Source: Polyangiales bacterium (lineage in GTDB: Bacteria; Myxococcota_A; Polyangia; Polyangiales; JADJQN01). From it: a DNA stretch of 64,000 bases. The notes beneath the pieces are model-generated. The model saw nothing but the letters and a program-made list of their open reading frames with translations, was not told the DNA's origin and did no database searches. A program made the translations under genes and the position numbers. This document shows, one piece after another, positions 40,803 through 52,596 of the stretch. Each line of letters starts with the position of its first letter. The stretch's first letter is position 1. The stretch lies in the NCBI GenBank assembly GCA_964202905.1, contig CAXNJO010000002.1, positions 192,001 to 256,000 on the forward strand, written 5' to 3'.

Positions 40803-41189
40803 ATGTCGCAGAACCCGAAGGATCTCCGCTACACGAACGACCACGAGTGGGCACGCAAGGAGGGCGACCTCCTCCGCGTCGGCATCACGCTGCACGCGGT
40901 CGCGCAGCTCGGGGACATCACGCTCGTCGACCTCGCCGCCGCGGGGACGCGCCTCGCAGCGCACGCGCGCTTCGGCGACATCGAGTCGGTCAAGGCCGTG
41001 AGCGAGCTGTTCGCGCCGGTCGCCGGCGAGATCGTCGAGCGCAACGCCGCGCTCGAGTCCGCGCCCGAGACGGTGAACGCCGACGCGTACGGGGCGGGCT
41101 GGATGGTGCTCATCCGCCCGGCCGACCCGGCGGCCTACGACGCCCTGCTCGACGCCGACGCCTACGACGCGCTGCTCGGCTCGCTCTGA
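40803..41189 (+). CDS. gcvH: Glycine cleavage H protein
   Basis: YTNDHEW, VGIT, LGDI, lipoyl-Lys motif IESVKAVSE. Confidence 0.97.
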   Translation: MSQNPKDLRYTNDHEWARKEGDLLRVGITLHAVAQLGDITLVDLAAAGTRLAAHARFGDIESVKAVSELFAPVAGEIVERNAALESAPETVNADAYGAGWMVLIRPADPAAYDALLDADAYDALLGSL

Positions 41190-41320
41190 GCGGCGACGGG
41201 GACGCGCGCGCCCCTGGCTGCGCGAGCACGACTCCGGCGCGCGATGCGCGCCGCGTGGGGGCGACGGGCCACGCTGGCACGCTCGCCGGGATGGATGAAC
41301 GCGGACGCAGGGAGACCACC

Positions 41321-41986
41321 ATGCAGAAGTTCGACAAGGCGACGACGATTCTCTTCGGGGCCCTCGTGCTCGCCGGCGTGCTCGCCTGCGGCCGCGGAGG
41401 CAACAACGCGACGCCGCCCGCGCCGGCCGTCCCGCCGGTCCCCGCCGTGCCGACGCCGTTCGTCCCGCCGGTGCAGATGCCCGTGCCCGTCGTGCCGCCG
41501 CCCCCCCTCCCCGGCGCGCAGGTCGTGCAGCCCGGCGCGGGGCTCGACTCCAACTTCGGCACGGTCATGCTCTCGACCGGCTTCATGCCCGACCCGAAGG
41601 TCGCGCAGGGCCGCTCGGGCGGCGCGCGCGATGCAGCCACGATCAGCCCCGGCTGCGCGGGCTGGGTCGACGCGAACAAGCCCGATCACGTCTTCATCGC
41701 ACAGACGGCCTTCGGCGCGAATTTCCGCATCCTCGCGCACTCGACCTCGCAGCCGCAGCAGGACATCACCCTCCTCGTCCAGAAGCCGGACGGCACGTAC
41801 ATGTGCAACGACGACGCGGCGCCGCCCGCGACGGATCCCATCGTCACCGGCAACTCGCTCATGCCCGGCGTCTACAAGATCTGGGTCGGCAGCTACCAGC
41901 AGGGCCAGTTCGCGGACTACCGCATCGCCTTCACGGAGCTCAACTCGGTGACGACGGACTCGCTGCAGAACACCGCGCCGAACTGA
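41321..41986 (+). CDS. Lipoprotein with Pro-rich linker and a PPC-like domain
   Basis: Lipobox AGVLAC; GFMPDP...CAGWV...PDH...DITLLV...CNDD...[18 protein letters not shown]. Confidence 0.8.
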   Translation: MQKFDKATTILFGALVLAGVLACGRGGNNATPPAPAVPPVPAVPTPFVPPVQMPVPVVPPPPLPGAQVVQPGAGLDSNFGTVMLSTGFMPDPKVAQGRSGGARDAATISPGCAGWVDANKPDHVFIAQTAFGANFRILAHSTSQPQQDITLLVQKPDGTYMCNDDAAPPATDPIVTGNSLMPGVYKIWVGSYQQGQFADYRIAFTELNSVTTDSLQNTAPN

Positions 41987-42134
41987 GCACGCCGCGCAGA
42001 GCGGCCCGCCCCGCGCGCGCCGCTCCCCCGAGGCCCCGTCCGGTACACCCGGGCGGGGCCTTCGTCGTCGTCGCGCTGCGAGCGCCACTCGGGCCTCGCC
42101 GCCGCGCGCCGAAACGGGTATCTCTTCGGCCGCC

Positions 42135-43710
42135 ATGTCGACCTCGCCCCGCTCCGTGCCCCCCGCGTCCGATCCGATCGCGCGCCTCGACACGCTCAAC
42201 GGCCTCGCGCTCGCCGCAGGCGGCAAGGCGCGCGTCGACAAGCACCACGAGGCCGGCAAGCTCACGGCCCGCGAGCGCATCGACCTGCTGCTCGATCCGG
42301 GCAGCTTCGTCGAGCTCGACCGTCTCGTCGTGCACCGCTGCACGGACTTCGGCATGGAGCAGCAGAAGATCCCGGGCGACGGCGTGGTCACCGGCTACGG
42401 CACGGTGGAGGGCCGCCAGATCTTCGTGTTCGCGCAGGACTTCACCGTCTTCGGCGGCAGCCTCTCGTACGCCTACGCGCGCAAGGTCGTGAAGGTCATG
42501 GACCTCGCGATGAAGACGGGCGCGCCCATCGTCGGTCTCAACGACTCGGGCGGCGCGCGCATCCAGGAGGGCGTCGAGTCGCTCGCGGGGTACGGCGAGG
42601 TCTTCCTGCGCAACACGCTCGCCTCGGGCGTCGTCCCGCAGATCAGCGCGATCATGGGGCCCTGCGCGGGCGGCGCGGTCTACTCGCCCGCGATCACGGA
42701 CTTCGTGTTCATGGTCGAGGGCACGTCGTACATGTTCATCACAGGCCCCGACGTCATCAAGACGGTGACGCACGAGGACGTGACCAAGGAGCAGCTCGGC
42801 GGCGCGAGCGCGCACGCGGTCAAGAGCGGCTGCGCGCACTTCGCCGCGAGCGACGACGCGCAGTGCGTCGCGATGATCCGCGAGCTGCTCTCGTTTCTGC
42901 CCGCGAACAACCACGAGGACCCGCCGCGCCGCGAGACGACCGACCCGAGCCACCGCGAGGACGCCGAGCTCGACACGCTCGTGCCCGTGGACTCCATGAA
43001 GGGTTACGACGTCAAAGCCCTGCTCGGCCGCGTCGTGGACGACGGCGACTTCTTCGAGGTGATGCCCGCGCACGCGATGAACATGGTCGTCGGCTTCGCG
43101 CGGATGGGCGGCCGCCCCGTCGGGATCGTCGCGAACCAGCCGATGGTGCTCGCGGGCTGCCTCGACATCCAGGCCTCGACGAAGGCCGCGCGCTTCGTGC
43201 GTTTCTGCGACTGCTTCAACATCCCGATCGTCTCGTTCGTCGATGTGCCGGGCTTCCTGCCCGGCGTCGACCAGGAGCTCGGCGGCATCATCAAGCACGG
43301 CGCGAAGCTGCTCTACGCGTACTGCGAAGCGACGGTCCCGAAGATCACGATCATCACGCGCAAGTCGTACGGCGGCGCCTACGTCGTGATGTCGAGCAAG
43401 CACCTGCGCGGCGACGTGAACCTCGCTTGGCCGACGGCGGAGATCGCGGTGATGGGCCCGGACGGCGCCGTGAACATCGTCTACCGCAAGGAGATCGACG
43501 CCGCCGAAGACAAGCTCGCGGCGCGCGCCGCGTTCATCGACGAGTACCGCCGCAAATTCGCGAACCCCTTCAAGGCCGCGGAGCTCGGCTTCGTCGACGA
43601 GGTGATCTACCCGCGGCAGACGCGCGCGCGGATCATCCGCTCGCTCGAGATGCTGCGCGACAAGCGCGACCACGAACCCGCCGAAGAAGCACGGCAACGT
43701 GCCGCTCTGA
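42135..43710 (+). CDS. pccB: Acyl-CoA carboxylase beta (carboxyltransferase) subunit, PccB-like; +1 frameshift at ~43670
   Basis: [49 protein letters not shown]. Canonical ending [10 protein letters not shown] is in the shifted frame. Confidence 0.92.
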
Positions 43711-43719
43711 TCGCGGCGT

Positions 43720-44304
43720 TCACGACGGCGGCGGGATCACCCCGAGCAGCGAGAGCGCGCGGCCCACGAGGCTGAGCCGCAGGTCGGGCGGGTCGCTCGG
43801 CCCGCCGAGAAAGCCCGCGAAACGCGCGAGCCACACGCCGAGGAGCAGCGACGCGAACAGCGCGAGGCCCCACTGCGGCACGGGCACCTTCCACGCGTCG
43901 GGGCGCAAGAAGCCCGCGCCGATCAGCATCGCGCGGCCGATCGTGAACACCAGGATCGGCGCCAGCAGGAACACGAGCGGGTGCCAGTGCAGCGCGCCCG
44001 CGAGGTCGCCCGAGGCGAGCGCCATCACGGCGCGCGTCAGGCCGCACCCGGGACACGGCACGCCCGTCGTCACGCGCAGCGGGCACGTCGCGAGGCCCAT
44101 CCAGAGCGCGGCGGCGAGCATCAGGAGCGGCGCCGAGACCGCCCCGAGGCGGCGCAGTTTCGTGAGCGGCGGCGCCGTCATCGCGTCGCCCTCGGACGCG
44201 GCGCGGGACGCCGGGGGCACGCCGGGCGAGGACGAGCCCGCGGACGGAACGACGACGCCCGGGTCGTGCGACGAGGCACGGGTCCCGGGCGGCGAAGTCG
44301 TCAT
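43720..44304 (-). CDS. DUF2752-like membrane protein
   Basis: [19 protein letters not shown]...GDL...HPL signature. Alternative start at MTAPP, ~44181. Confidence 0.85.
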   Translation of the reverse strand: MTTSPPGTRASSHDPGVVVPSAGSSSPGVPPASRAASEGDAMTAPPLTKLRRLGAVSAPLLMLAAALWMGLATCPLRVTTGVPCPGCGLTRAVMALASGDLAGALHWHPLVFLLAPILVFTIGRAMLIGAGFLRPDAWKVPVPQWGLALFASLLLGVWLARFAGFLGGPSDPPDLRLSLVGRALSLLGVIPPPS

Positions 44305-44340
44305 GGGCCGGAGCCTACGACGCGTGCGTGGAGAGGTCGA

Positions 44341-44709
44341 TCAGAACGTCGCCGGGGCGCCGCCGCCACCCTCCCACACCTTGTTCAGCTCCTCTTGCAG
44401 GATCTTGTAGCCGAACCCGCAGAGCACGAGGTTCATGATGAGCGCGTTCACGCCCTTGTCCGACGCGCCCGGGACGCCCGCGCGCTGCTGGGCCTCGAAG
44501 ATGAGCTTGCCGTACTTGATCGGCAGGTAGTACGCGTAGGGGAAACACACGAACGTGATGACGATGTCCATCACGGGGTTGAGGTCCTCCTTGCCGAGGT
44601 ACGCCTTCAACTCGTTGCCGATCGTGTAGATCCAGTACCAGCCGAAGAGGCCGCAGGTCACGAGGGACAGGATCCAGACCGTCATCGGATTGCGAACTTC
44701 GCCCTTCAT
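44341..44709 (-). CDS. DUF4234-like small membrane protein
   Basis: RNPMTVWILSLVTCGLFGWYW...QEELN; SD AGGAGA. Confidence 0.85.
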   Translation of the reverse strand: MKGEVRNPMTVWILSLVTCGLFGWYWIYTIGNELKAYLGKEDLNPVMDIVITFVCFPYAYYLPIKYGKLIFEAQQRAGVPGASDKGVNALIMNLVLCGFGYKILQEELNKVWEGGGGAPATF

Positions 44710-44915
44710 CGCGTTTCTCCTTGTGGAATGCCCGAAAAACCCAGCGCCCCGACCGGTCCCCGCGGGCACTCCCCGAGGGGATGCCGCGGTGGAATCCCCA
44801 CGCGGCCCGTGCCTGCAACGCTGTTCCGACCGCACGGTCCGTTCGACGGCCCCGGCGGCGACCCCGCTCGAAACTCCCCGGCCCGCGCAGCAGCGCACGG
44901 GCCGGAAAGACGGGC

Positions 44916-44945
44916 AGGATAGCGACGCGTTTTCCCCGGTGTCAA
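44916..44945 (-). promoter_or_regulatory. Putative sigma70 promoter TTGACA-N18-TATCCT
   Basis: Perfect -35 box; would give a ~200-nt leader to ATG 44709. Confidence 0.6.
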
Positions 44946-44973
44946 CGCATAAGCCCTATTTGCCGCGGCGGCG

Positions 44974-45003
44974 TTGACCCCGCGACGCGCGGGTCCACAG
45001 AAT
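44974..45003 (+). promoter_or_regulatory. Possible divergent promoter TTGACC-N18-CAGAAT
   Basis: Upstream of SD GAGAGGA and ATG 45026; weak -10 box. Confidence 0.4.
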
Positions 45004-45025
45004 ACCCCCGCTCAGAGAGGATCCG

Positions 45026-47587
45026 ATGAACCGTCGCCACATCCACCCCGCCCTCCGGACGATCCCGACCGCGCTCGCGCGCTGCCTCGCAATCGGCGGC
45101 GCCCTGCTCGCGTCGGCCTGCGGCGACGACGACGCGGCGCCCATCGATGCGGGCCGGGACGCAGCCCCCGACGCCGGCCCCTCGTGCGTCGCGGCGCCCT
45201 CGTCCTTTCCGACGCCGACGCCGGGCCGCTGCACCGTCACCGTGCGAGCGAACGCCGCGCAGACAGCCGGCGACGACGGCGCGGGCGGCGTGATCACGCC
45301 GGGCGGGCGGCGCGTCACGCGCGTCGGCGACGCGGTGCTCACACCCGGATTCCCGATGCGGATCGTGCGCGTGGCGGGGACGCGCTTTGCCATCGTCACG
45401 GATGGTGGCATCCGCGACGAGCACCTCAGCGTCGTCGACCTCGACGCGCGCACCGTCGTCGACGAGGAGGAGTTCTCGTACCGCGCGGGCGAGGCCGTGT
45501 TCCTCGGGCTCGCGGTGTCCCCGGACGGGCGCCGCCTGTGGGCCTCCGGTGGCGGCTCGAACCGCGTGCGCGCCTACGACTTCGACCCGGAGACGGGCGC
45601 GCTCACGGCCGCCGTCGCGCGCGACATCGTGCCCGCGACCGACGTGCAGGACGGCTACGTGTCGGGCCTCGCGCTGCTCCCCGATGGGACGCTCGCGGTG
45701 AACCTGATGCTCGGCGACGCCACCGTCTTCTACGACACCGAGACGCGCGCGGAGCTGCGGCGCACGACCCACGAGAACGGCGCGTTCCCGTACGACGCCG
45801 TCGCGAGCGCGGACGGGGCGACGGTCTTCGTCTCGCTCTGGGGCGCGTCGACCGTCGTGCCGATCGACGTCGCGGGCGGGGCGGCCGGCGCTGCGATCGC
45901 GGTCGGCAAGAACGCGCAGGGGCTCACGCTCTCCGCGGACGGCGCGAAGCTCGCGGTCGCGAGCGCGGACGGCGACAGCGTCGCGGTGATCGACGTCGCG
46001 ACGCGCCTCGTCACGACGACGCTCGCGGTGAGCGGCGACGGCGCGCCGCGCGGCGCGTCCCCCGCGGCCGTCGACTTCGCGGCGGACGGGACGCTCTACG
46101 TGGTGTCAGCGGGCGACAACGCGATCGACGTCTACGCGCCGGCGCCGGAGGGCTACGCCCACGCGGGGCGCATCCCGACGATGTGGTACCCGACGGATGT
46201 GCTCGCGCTCGACGACGGCCGCGTCGTCTTCACGAACGGCAAGCACGTCGGCACCGGGCCGAACGAGACCCCGGGCACGACGGATATCCTCGACCTGCTC
46301 GAGGGCAGCGTGAGCGTCGTCGCGGCCGCCGACCTGAGCCCCGCGCAGCTCGCGGCGTGGGACGACGAGGTCGCGGCGAACAACGCGCGCCCGACGACCT
46401 TCCAGCAGGTCGAGTGCCCGCCGGGCGCGCCCGACGACTTCCCGATCCCGCAGCCGGGCGCCGGCCCCTCGACACAGATCGAGCACGTGATCCTCGTCGT
46501 CCGCGAAAACAAGACCTTCGACGCGTACTTCGGCGATCTGCCGGGCGTGAACGGCGACCCGTCGCTGACGATCCTGCCCGCGGCGCAGATGGACGACGTG
46601 CTGCCGAACACGCGCACGCTCGCGCGCGCCTTCGCGCACGCGGACAACTACTACTCGGGCGCCGAGCAGTCGATCCAGGGGCATGTGTGGACGACGCTCG
46701 GCCGCACGACCGACTTCGTCGAGCGCACGTGGCTGACGACGTGGGGCCGCGGCTTCTGGTCGCCGCCGCCGCAGCTGATCATCTCGCCCATCGCGTATCC
46801 CGAAGAGGGGTCGATCTTCGACTGGGCGGCGCGCAACGACGTGAGCGCCCGCAATTACGGGGAGATCGTCGGCGCGCGCGCGCAGCCCGTCACGCCGGGC
46901 TACCCGGGCCTCGTCTACAACGACGACGTGCTCGACCGCACGAAGGCCGCGTACCTCGAGCGGCAGTGGCGCGCGTGCAACCTGCGCAGCTTCACGTACG
47001 TCGTGCTGCCGAACGATCACACCAAGGGCGGCACGCCCGGCGCGCCGACCCCGCGCTCGATGATCGCCGACAACGACGAGGCCGTCGGCATCCTCGCGGA
47101 CGCGCTGAGCCACACGAGCTTCTGGCCGCGCTCGCTGCTCATCTTCATCGAGGACGATCCGCAGGACGGCGGCGATCACGTCGACAACCACCGCGCGCCC
47201 GCCGTCTTCGTCTCGCCGTGGGTCCGGCGCGGGCACGTCTCGCACGTGCACTACAACGAGTCGAGCATCCACCGGACGATCCAGCTGATCGTCGGCGTCG
47301 ACGAGCCGCTCAACGCGTACTGGGAGAACGCCGCGCCGCTCTACGATCTCTTCACGGCGACCCCGGATTTCACGCCCTACGAGCGCATCCCGCGCCGGGT
47401 CCCCGACGAGGTCAACCCCGCGCGCGGCATCGCCGCCGCGATCTCACGACAGTGGGACTTCTCGAAGGTCGACGAGCAGCCCGGCCTCTCGCGCTGGCTC
47501 TGGGAGCACTTCCACCCCGGTGAGCGCGCGCCGTGGCGGGAGGCGCTGCCGGGCCTCGACGGCGACGCCGACGGCGACGGCGACTGA
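45026..47587 (+). CDS. Lipoprotein: YncE/YVTN beta-propeller fused to a phosphoesterase (alkaline-phosphatase superfamily) domain
   Basis: Lipobox LLASAC; AVSPDG and IAVGKNAQGL blades; IEHVILVVRENKTFD, LPNDHT, DNDEAVG, EDDPQDGGDHV. Confidence 0.9.
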   Translation: MNRRHIHPALRTIPTALARCLAIGGALLASACGDDDAAPIDAGRDAAPDAGPSCVAAPSSFPTPTPGRCTVTVRANAAQTAGDDGAGGVITPGGRRVTRVGDAVLTPGFPMRIVRVAGTRFAIVTDGGIRDEHLSVVDLDARTVVDEEEFSYRAGEAVFLGLAVSPDGRRLWASGGGSNRVRAYDFDPETGALTAAVARDIVPATDVQDGYVSGLALLPDGTLAVNLMLGDATVFYDTETRAELRRTTHENGAFPYDAVASADGATVFVSLWGASTVVPIDVAGGAAGAAIAVGKNAQGLTLSADGAKLAVASADGDSVAVIDVATRLVTTTLAVSGDGAPRGASPAAVDFAADGTLYVVSAGDNAIDVYAPAPEGYAHAGRIPTMWYPTDVLALDDGRVVFTNGKHVGTGPNETPGTTDILDLLEGSVSVVAAADLSPAQLAAWDDEVAANNARPTTFQQVECPPGAPDDFPIPQPGAGPSTQIEHVILVVRENKTFDAYFGDLPGVNGDPSLTILPAAQMDDVLPNTRTLARAFAHADNYYSGAEQSIQGHVWTTLGRTTDFVERTWLTTWGRGFWSPPPQLIISPIAYPEEGSIFDWAARNDVSARNYGEIVGARAQPVTPGYPGLVYNDDVLDRTKAAYLERQWRACNLRSFTYVVLPNDHTKGGTPGAPTPRSMIADNDEAVGILADALSHTSFWPRSLLIFIEDDPQDGGDHVDNHRAPAVFVSPWVRRGHVSHVHYNESSIHRTIQLIVGVDEPLNAYWENAAPLYDLFTATPDFTPYERIPRRVPDEVNPARGIAAAISRQWDFSKVDEQPGLSRWLWEHFHPGERAPWREALPGLDGDADGDGD

Positions 47588-47668
47588 GCGCGTCGCATCA
47601 TGCCTCCTCGCGGCGCGCCCTGACGGAGAGAGCGCGCGCGGCGCACGCACCGCGATACCCTCGCGCGC

Positions 47669-49002
47669 ATGTCGAGCCCCGAGGCACTGGTCGAAGAGAC
47701 GAGCCGCGCGAAGCCCGGTTCGCGCATGCCGAGCCTCTACGTGCAGGTGCTCGTCGGCATCGCGTTCGGCGCGCTGCTCGGCTGGGCGCGCCCCGCGTGG
47801 GCGGTGGAGCTGAAGCCGCTCGGCGACGTGATTCGTGCGGCTGATCAAGATGCTGATCGCGCCGATCATTTTCACGACGGTGGTCGCTAGGCATCGCGGG
47901 GATGGGCAGACTTGAAGAAGGTCGGGCGCGTGGGCGGCAAGGCGCTGCTGTATTTTGAGGTGGTGACCACGGTGGCGCTCGTGCTCGGGCTGCTGCGTCG
48001 TGAACCTCGTCGAAGCCGGGCGCGGGTCTGCACGCGCGGCTCGATCGGCTCGACACGAGCAGCGCTCGACGCGACGCTCGCGGCGCCGCGCCCCCGCGGC
48101 GTCGTCGCGCACCTCACGCACCTCGTGCCGGAGAGCTTCCTCGGCGCGTTCGTCGACGGCGACGTGCTGCAGGTGCTCGTGCTCGCGGTGCTCACGGGCG
48201 CGGCGCTCGCGAGCCTCGGGGCGCGGGCGGCCCCGCTCCGCACGCTGCTCGAGCAGAGCGTCGGGGCTCTTCTTCGCGGTCATCGGCGTCGTCACGCGGC
48301 TGGCGCCGCTCGGCGCGTTCGGCGCGATGGCGTTCACCATCGGGAAGTTCGGCATCGGCACGCTGCGGCAACCTCGCGTGGCTCCTCGCCTCGTTCTACG
48401 CGACGGCGCTGCTCTTCGTGGTGGTCGTGCTCGGGCTCGTGCTCCGCGCCGTGGGCCTCTCGATCGTCGCGCTCGCGCGCTACCTCCGAGAAGAGCTGGC
48501 GATCGTGCTCGGCACCTCGTCGTCGGAGTCCGCGCTGCCGCGGCTGATGGCGCGCCTCGAGCACCTCGGCTGCCGGCCGGAGATCGTGCGCCTCGTCGTG
48601 CCGACGGGCTACTCGTTCAACCTCGACGGCACCTGCATCTACCTCACGATGGCCGCGGTCTTCGTCGCGCAAGCGCTCGACGTCGAGCTCACGCTCGGCG
48701 ACGAGCTTGCGCTGCTCGCGGTGATGCTGCTCACGTCGAAGGGCGCCGCGGGCGTGACGGGGAGCGGCTTCGTCACGCTCGCCGCGACGCTCGCCTCGAC
48801 GGGGACGGTGCCGGTCGCGGGGCTCACGCTGCTGCTCGGCGTCGATCGGTTCATGTCCGAGGCGCGCGCCCTCACCAACCTCATGGGCAACGCGGTGGCC
48901 ACGCTCGTCGTCGCGCGTTGGGAGGGCGCCCTCGACGTCGAGCGAGCGCGCGCCGTGCTCGCGGGCGGCGAGCCCGTCCCGCTGCCGCCCGGCAACGCGT
49001 GA
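47669..49002 (+). CDS. dctA: C4-dicarboxylate/H+ symporter DctA with ~8 apparent +1 frameshifts (sequencing error or pseudogene)
   Basis: [71 protein letters not shown] and DRFMSEARA spread across three frames. Confidence 0.88.
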
Positions 49003-49017
49003 CGGCGCGCCGCGCCC

Positions 49018-49524
49018 TCAGGCCATCGCCTCGATCTCCCACTCGCGCAGGCCCCCGCGCCCGGGCAGCTCGACGACGTCGCCCACGCGGAGCCCGACGA
49101 GCGCGCGCCCGACGGGCGAGGCCGGCGTGACGACGGTGACCTCGACGCCATCGACGTCGAGCGTGACCCCACCGCCCTGCAGGGCGACGAAGAGCACGCG
49201 CGGCGCGCCGTCGACGCGGGCACCGACGAGCGCCCCCGGCGCGATCGCCCCGCCCGATGCGAACCGCGCGACCGGCGTCACCGCGAAGCGCTGCACCTGC
49301 TCGGCGAGATCCTCCACGCGCATCGCCTGACCGCGCGCGAGGTAGCTCTGCTCGGTCGCGCGCATGTCCTTGTCCCCTTCGCTGCGGCTCTCCTCGTGCA
49401 CGGCGCCCTCGCGCGAGGCCTCCGCGGCGCGGGCCATCGCGGCGAGCGCGCGCTCGAGCGCCGTGAGCAGGTGCGCATGCACGGTGGCCTTGTCGGGGAG
49501 CGGAACGGGGGACGGGAGCGGCAC
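49018..49524 (-). CDS. GreA/GreB-family protein (non-canonical)
   Basis: Coiled coil ...[11 protein letters not shown]-terminal [27 protein letters not shown] before GTG. Confidence 0.85.
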   Translation of the reverse strand: MPLPSPVPLPDKATVHAHLLTALERALAAMARAAEASREGAVHEESRSEGDKDMRATEQSYLARGQAMRVEDLAEQVQRFAVTPVARFASGGAIAPGALVGARVDGAPRVLFVALQGGGVTLDVDGVEVTVVTPASPVGRALVGLRVGDVVELPGRGGLREWEIEAMA

Positions 49525-49579
49525 GGTTCTCCTCCGGGTCGACGCCTTGAACTTCAGCGGAAGCATGCGAGAGAGCGCC

Positions 49580-51058
<1,479 letters not shown>

Positions 51059-51107
51059 GGGACGCGGGCCGAAGTGCGCGCCGAACGCCCGCGCGAAGGC
51101 GACTCCG

Positions 51108-51833
51108 TCAGCCCAGCGCGACGTCGGCCGCGGAGGCTGCGGTGCGGCGCGGGGCCTCTCCCGGTGACGCGATCAAGAGTCGGTTCTTCGGCGTGATCGC
51201 CTCGGGGATCCGCTGCGTGTGCACCGAGTAGCCCTCCGCGCGCACCCGCGCGACACGCGTCGCGTCGATGGCGAGCGCGGGGTCGAGCCAGCCGCCGAGG
51301 CCGCCGAGGTCCCCGAGGGCCGCGTTCTGGCAGCATGGCAAGACGGCGACGCGCGCGCGGGCGGCGAGCGCGAGGTCGAGCACGGCGTCGGTGAGCGCGC
51401 CGCAGGCGTGCGCGGAGACGACGAGGTCGGTGGGACATAGTCTGACCCTCTCGAGCGAGACCGCCTCGCGGCGCACGCGGCCCACGAGGCGCGGCCATGC
51501 ACGCTCGAGCTCCTCGGCGAGCCGCTCGGCGCTCGGCGGCAGGCGCACGTCGATCGCGAGCGCGTCCGGCGAACCGTCGTCGAGGAGCAGGAGCAGGTAC
51601 GCGAGCAGGCCGTGCCCGCAGGCGAGATCGACGACGCGGCCCCCGCGCATCCGCCTGCGCACGCGGCGGGCGACCTCCCACGACTCGTACAGCTCCTTGC
51701 GCGGGAGGCAGTCGGCGCGGCACACGACGCGCGCGACGCGCTCGAAGAGCGTGTCCCCCGGGAAGCGCGCGACATCGCGCGGCGAGAGGCGCGCCCGGCT
51801 CCGTGGGTCGAACGCGGGCCCGGCGGCGCTCAT
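51108..51833 (-). CDS. Class I SAM-dependent methyltransferase of unknown substrate
   Basis: VVDLACGHGLLA, AHACGALTD, VLPCC, ITPKNRLL. Confidence 0.85.
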   Translation of the reverse strand: MSAAGPAFDPRSRARLSPRDVARFPGDTLFERVARVVCRADCLPRKELYESWEVARRVRRRMRGGRVVDLACGHGLLAYLLLLLDDGSPDALAIDVRLPPSAERLAEELERAWPRLVGRVRREAVSLERVRLCPTDLVVSAHACGALTDAVLDLALAARARVAVLPCCQNAALGDLGGLGGWLDPALAIDATRVARVRAEGYSVHTQRIPEAITPKNRLLIASPGEAPRRTAASAADVALG

Positions 51834-51906
51834 CGCCGAGCCGCCCGCGCGACGCGCCGCGCCGGGAGGCGGCCGAGACGCCGCACGCGCGACGCGACCT
51901 GCACCA

Positions 51907-52533
51907 TCAGGCGCCGCACGCCGCGAGGAAGCCGTCCACGCCGGGGTCGTGCGCCTCGAGTTCGGCGCCGTCGAGCACGACGTGCGCGAGCGCGAGGTAG
52001 CGCGCATCGCGGAGACGCAGCAGCTGCGCGAAGCGCGCGGGCAGCGACGTAGCCGGCGTGTCCGCATCCTCCGCTGCGAACGCGCCGCTCCACACGACGG
52101 GCTTCGGGTCCGTGCGATAGCGCTCGAGCATCGCCTCACGCCAGCGCTCGGGCGTGCGGAGGTAGACGACGCGACACGTCTCGCGGATCGCCACGAGCAG
52201 CGGCGTTGAGAGGTAGACGACGCTGCCCGTCGTGTCGAGCACGTGCGGCCCCGCGCCCGCGCGCGCGGCCTCGAGCGCGGCGCGTGTCACGTCCTCCTCG
52301 AGCCCGAGGTAGCGCGCCTCCCGCGCGGCGTAGCCCTCGCTCCACGGCACGCCCATCCACACGCCGAGCGCGTTCACGGGGGCCTCACCCTCCGCGACGG
52401 GCACGAGCGACGACAGGCGCGCGGCGATCGCGCCATCGCAGTCGTGCCGCGTGAAGCCCGCCTCGCGCACGAGGCGCTGCGACCAGTGGCTCTTGCCGAT
52501 CCCCGACATCCCCACGAGACAGAGCGCCTTCAC
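51907..52533 (-). CDS. P-loop kinase (shikimate-kinase-like fold)
   Basis: LVGMSGIGKS Walker A, DCD, LDTTGSVVY, VVYL, RDARY. Confidence 0.75.
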   Translation of the reverse strand: MKALCLVGMSGIGKSHWSQRLVREAGFTRHDCDGAIAARLSSLVPVAEGEAPVNALGVWMGVPWSEGYAAREARYLGLEEDVTRAALEAARAGAGPHVLDTTGSVVYLSTPLLVAIRETCRVVYLRTPERWREAMLERYRTDPKPVVWSGAFAAEDADTPATSLPARFAQLLRLRDARYLALAHVVLDGAELEAHDPGVDGFLAACGA

Positions 52534-52596
52534 GGGGTTCGTGTGTAGTCCGAGCGCCGCGCGGGCACCAGCGCCCGCGTGCACCCTGCCGGGCGC

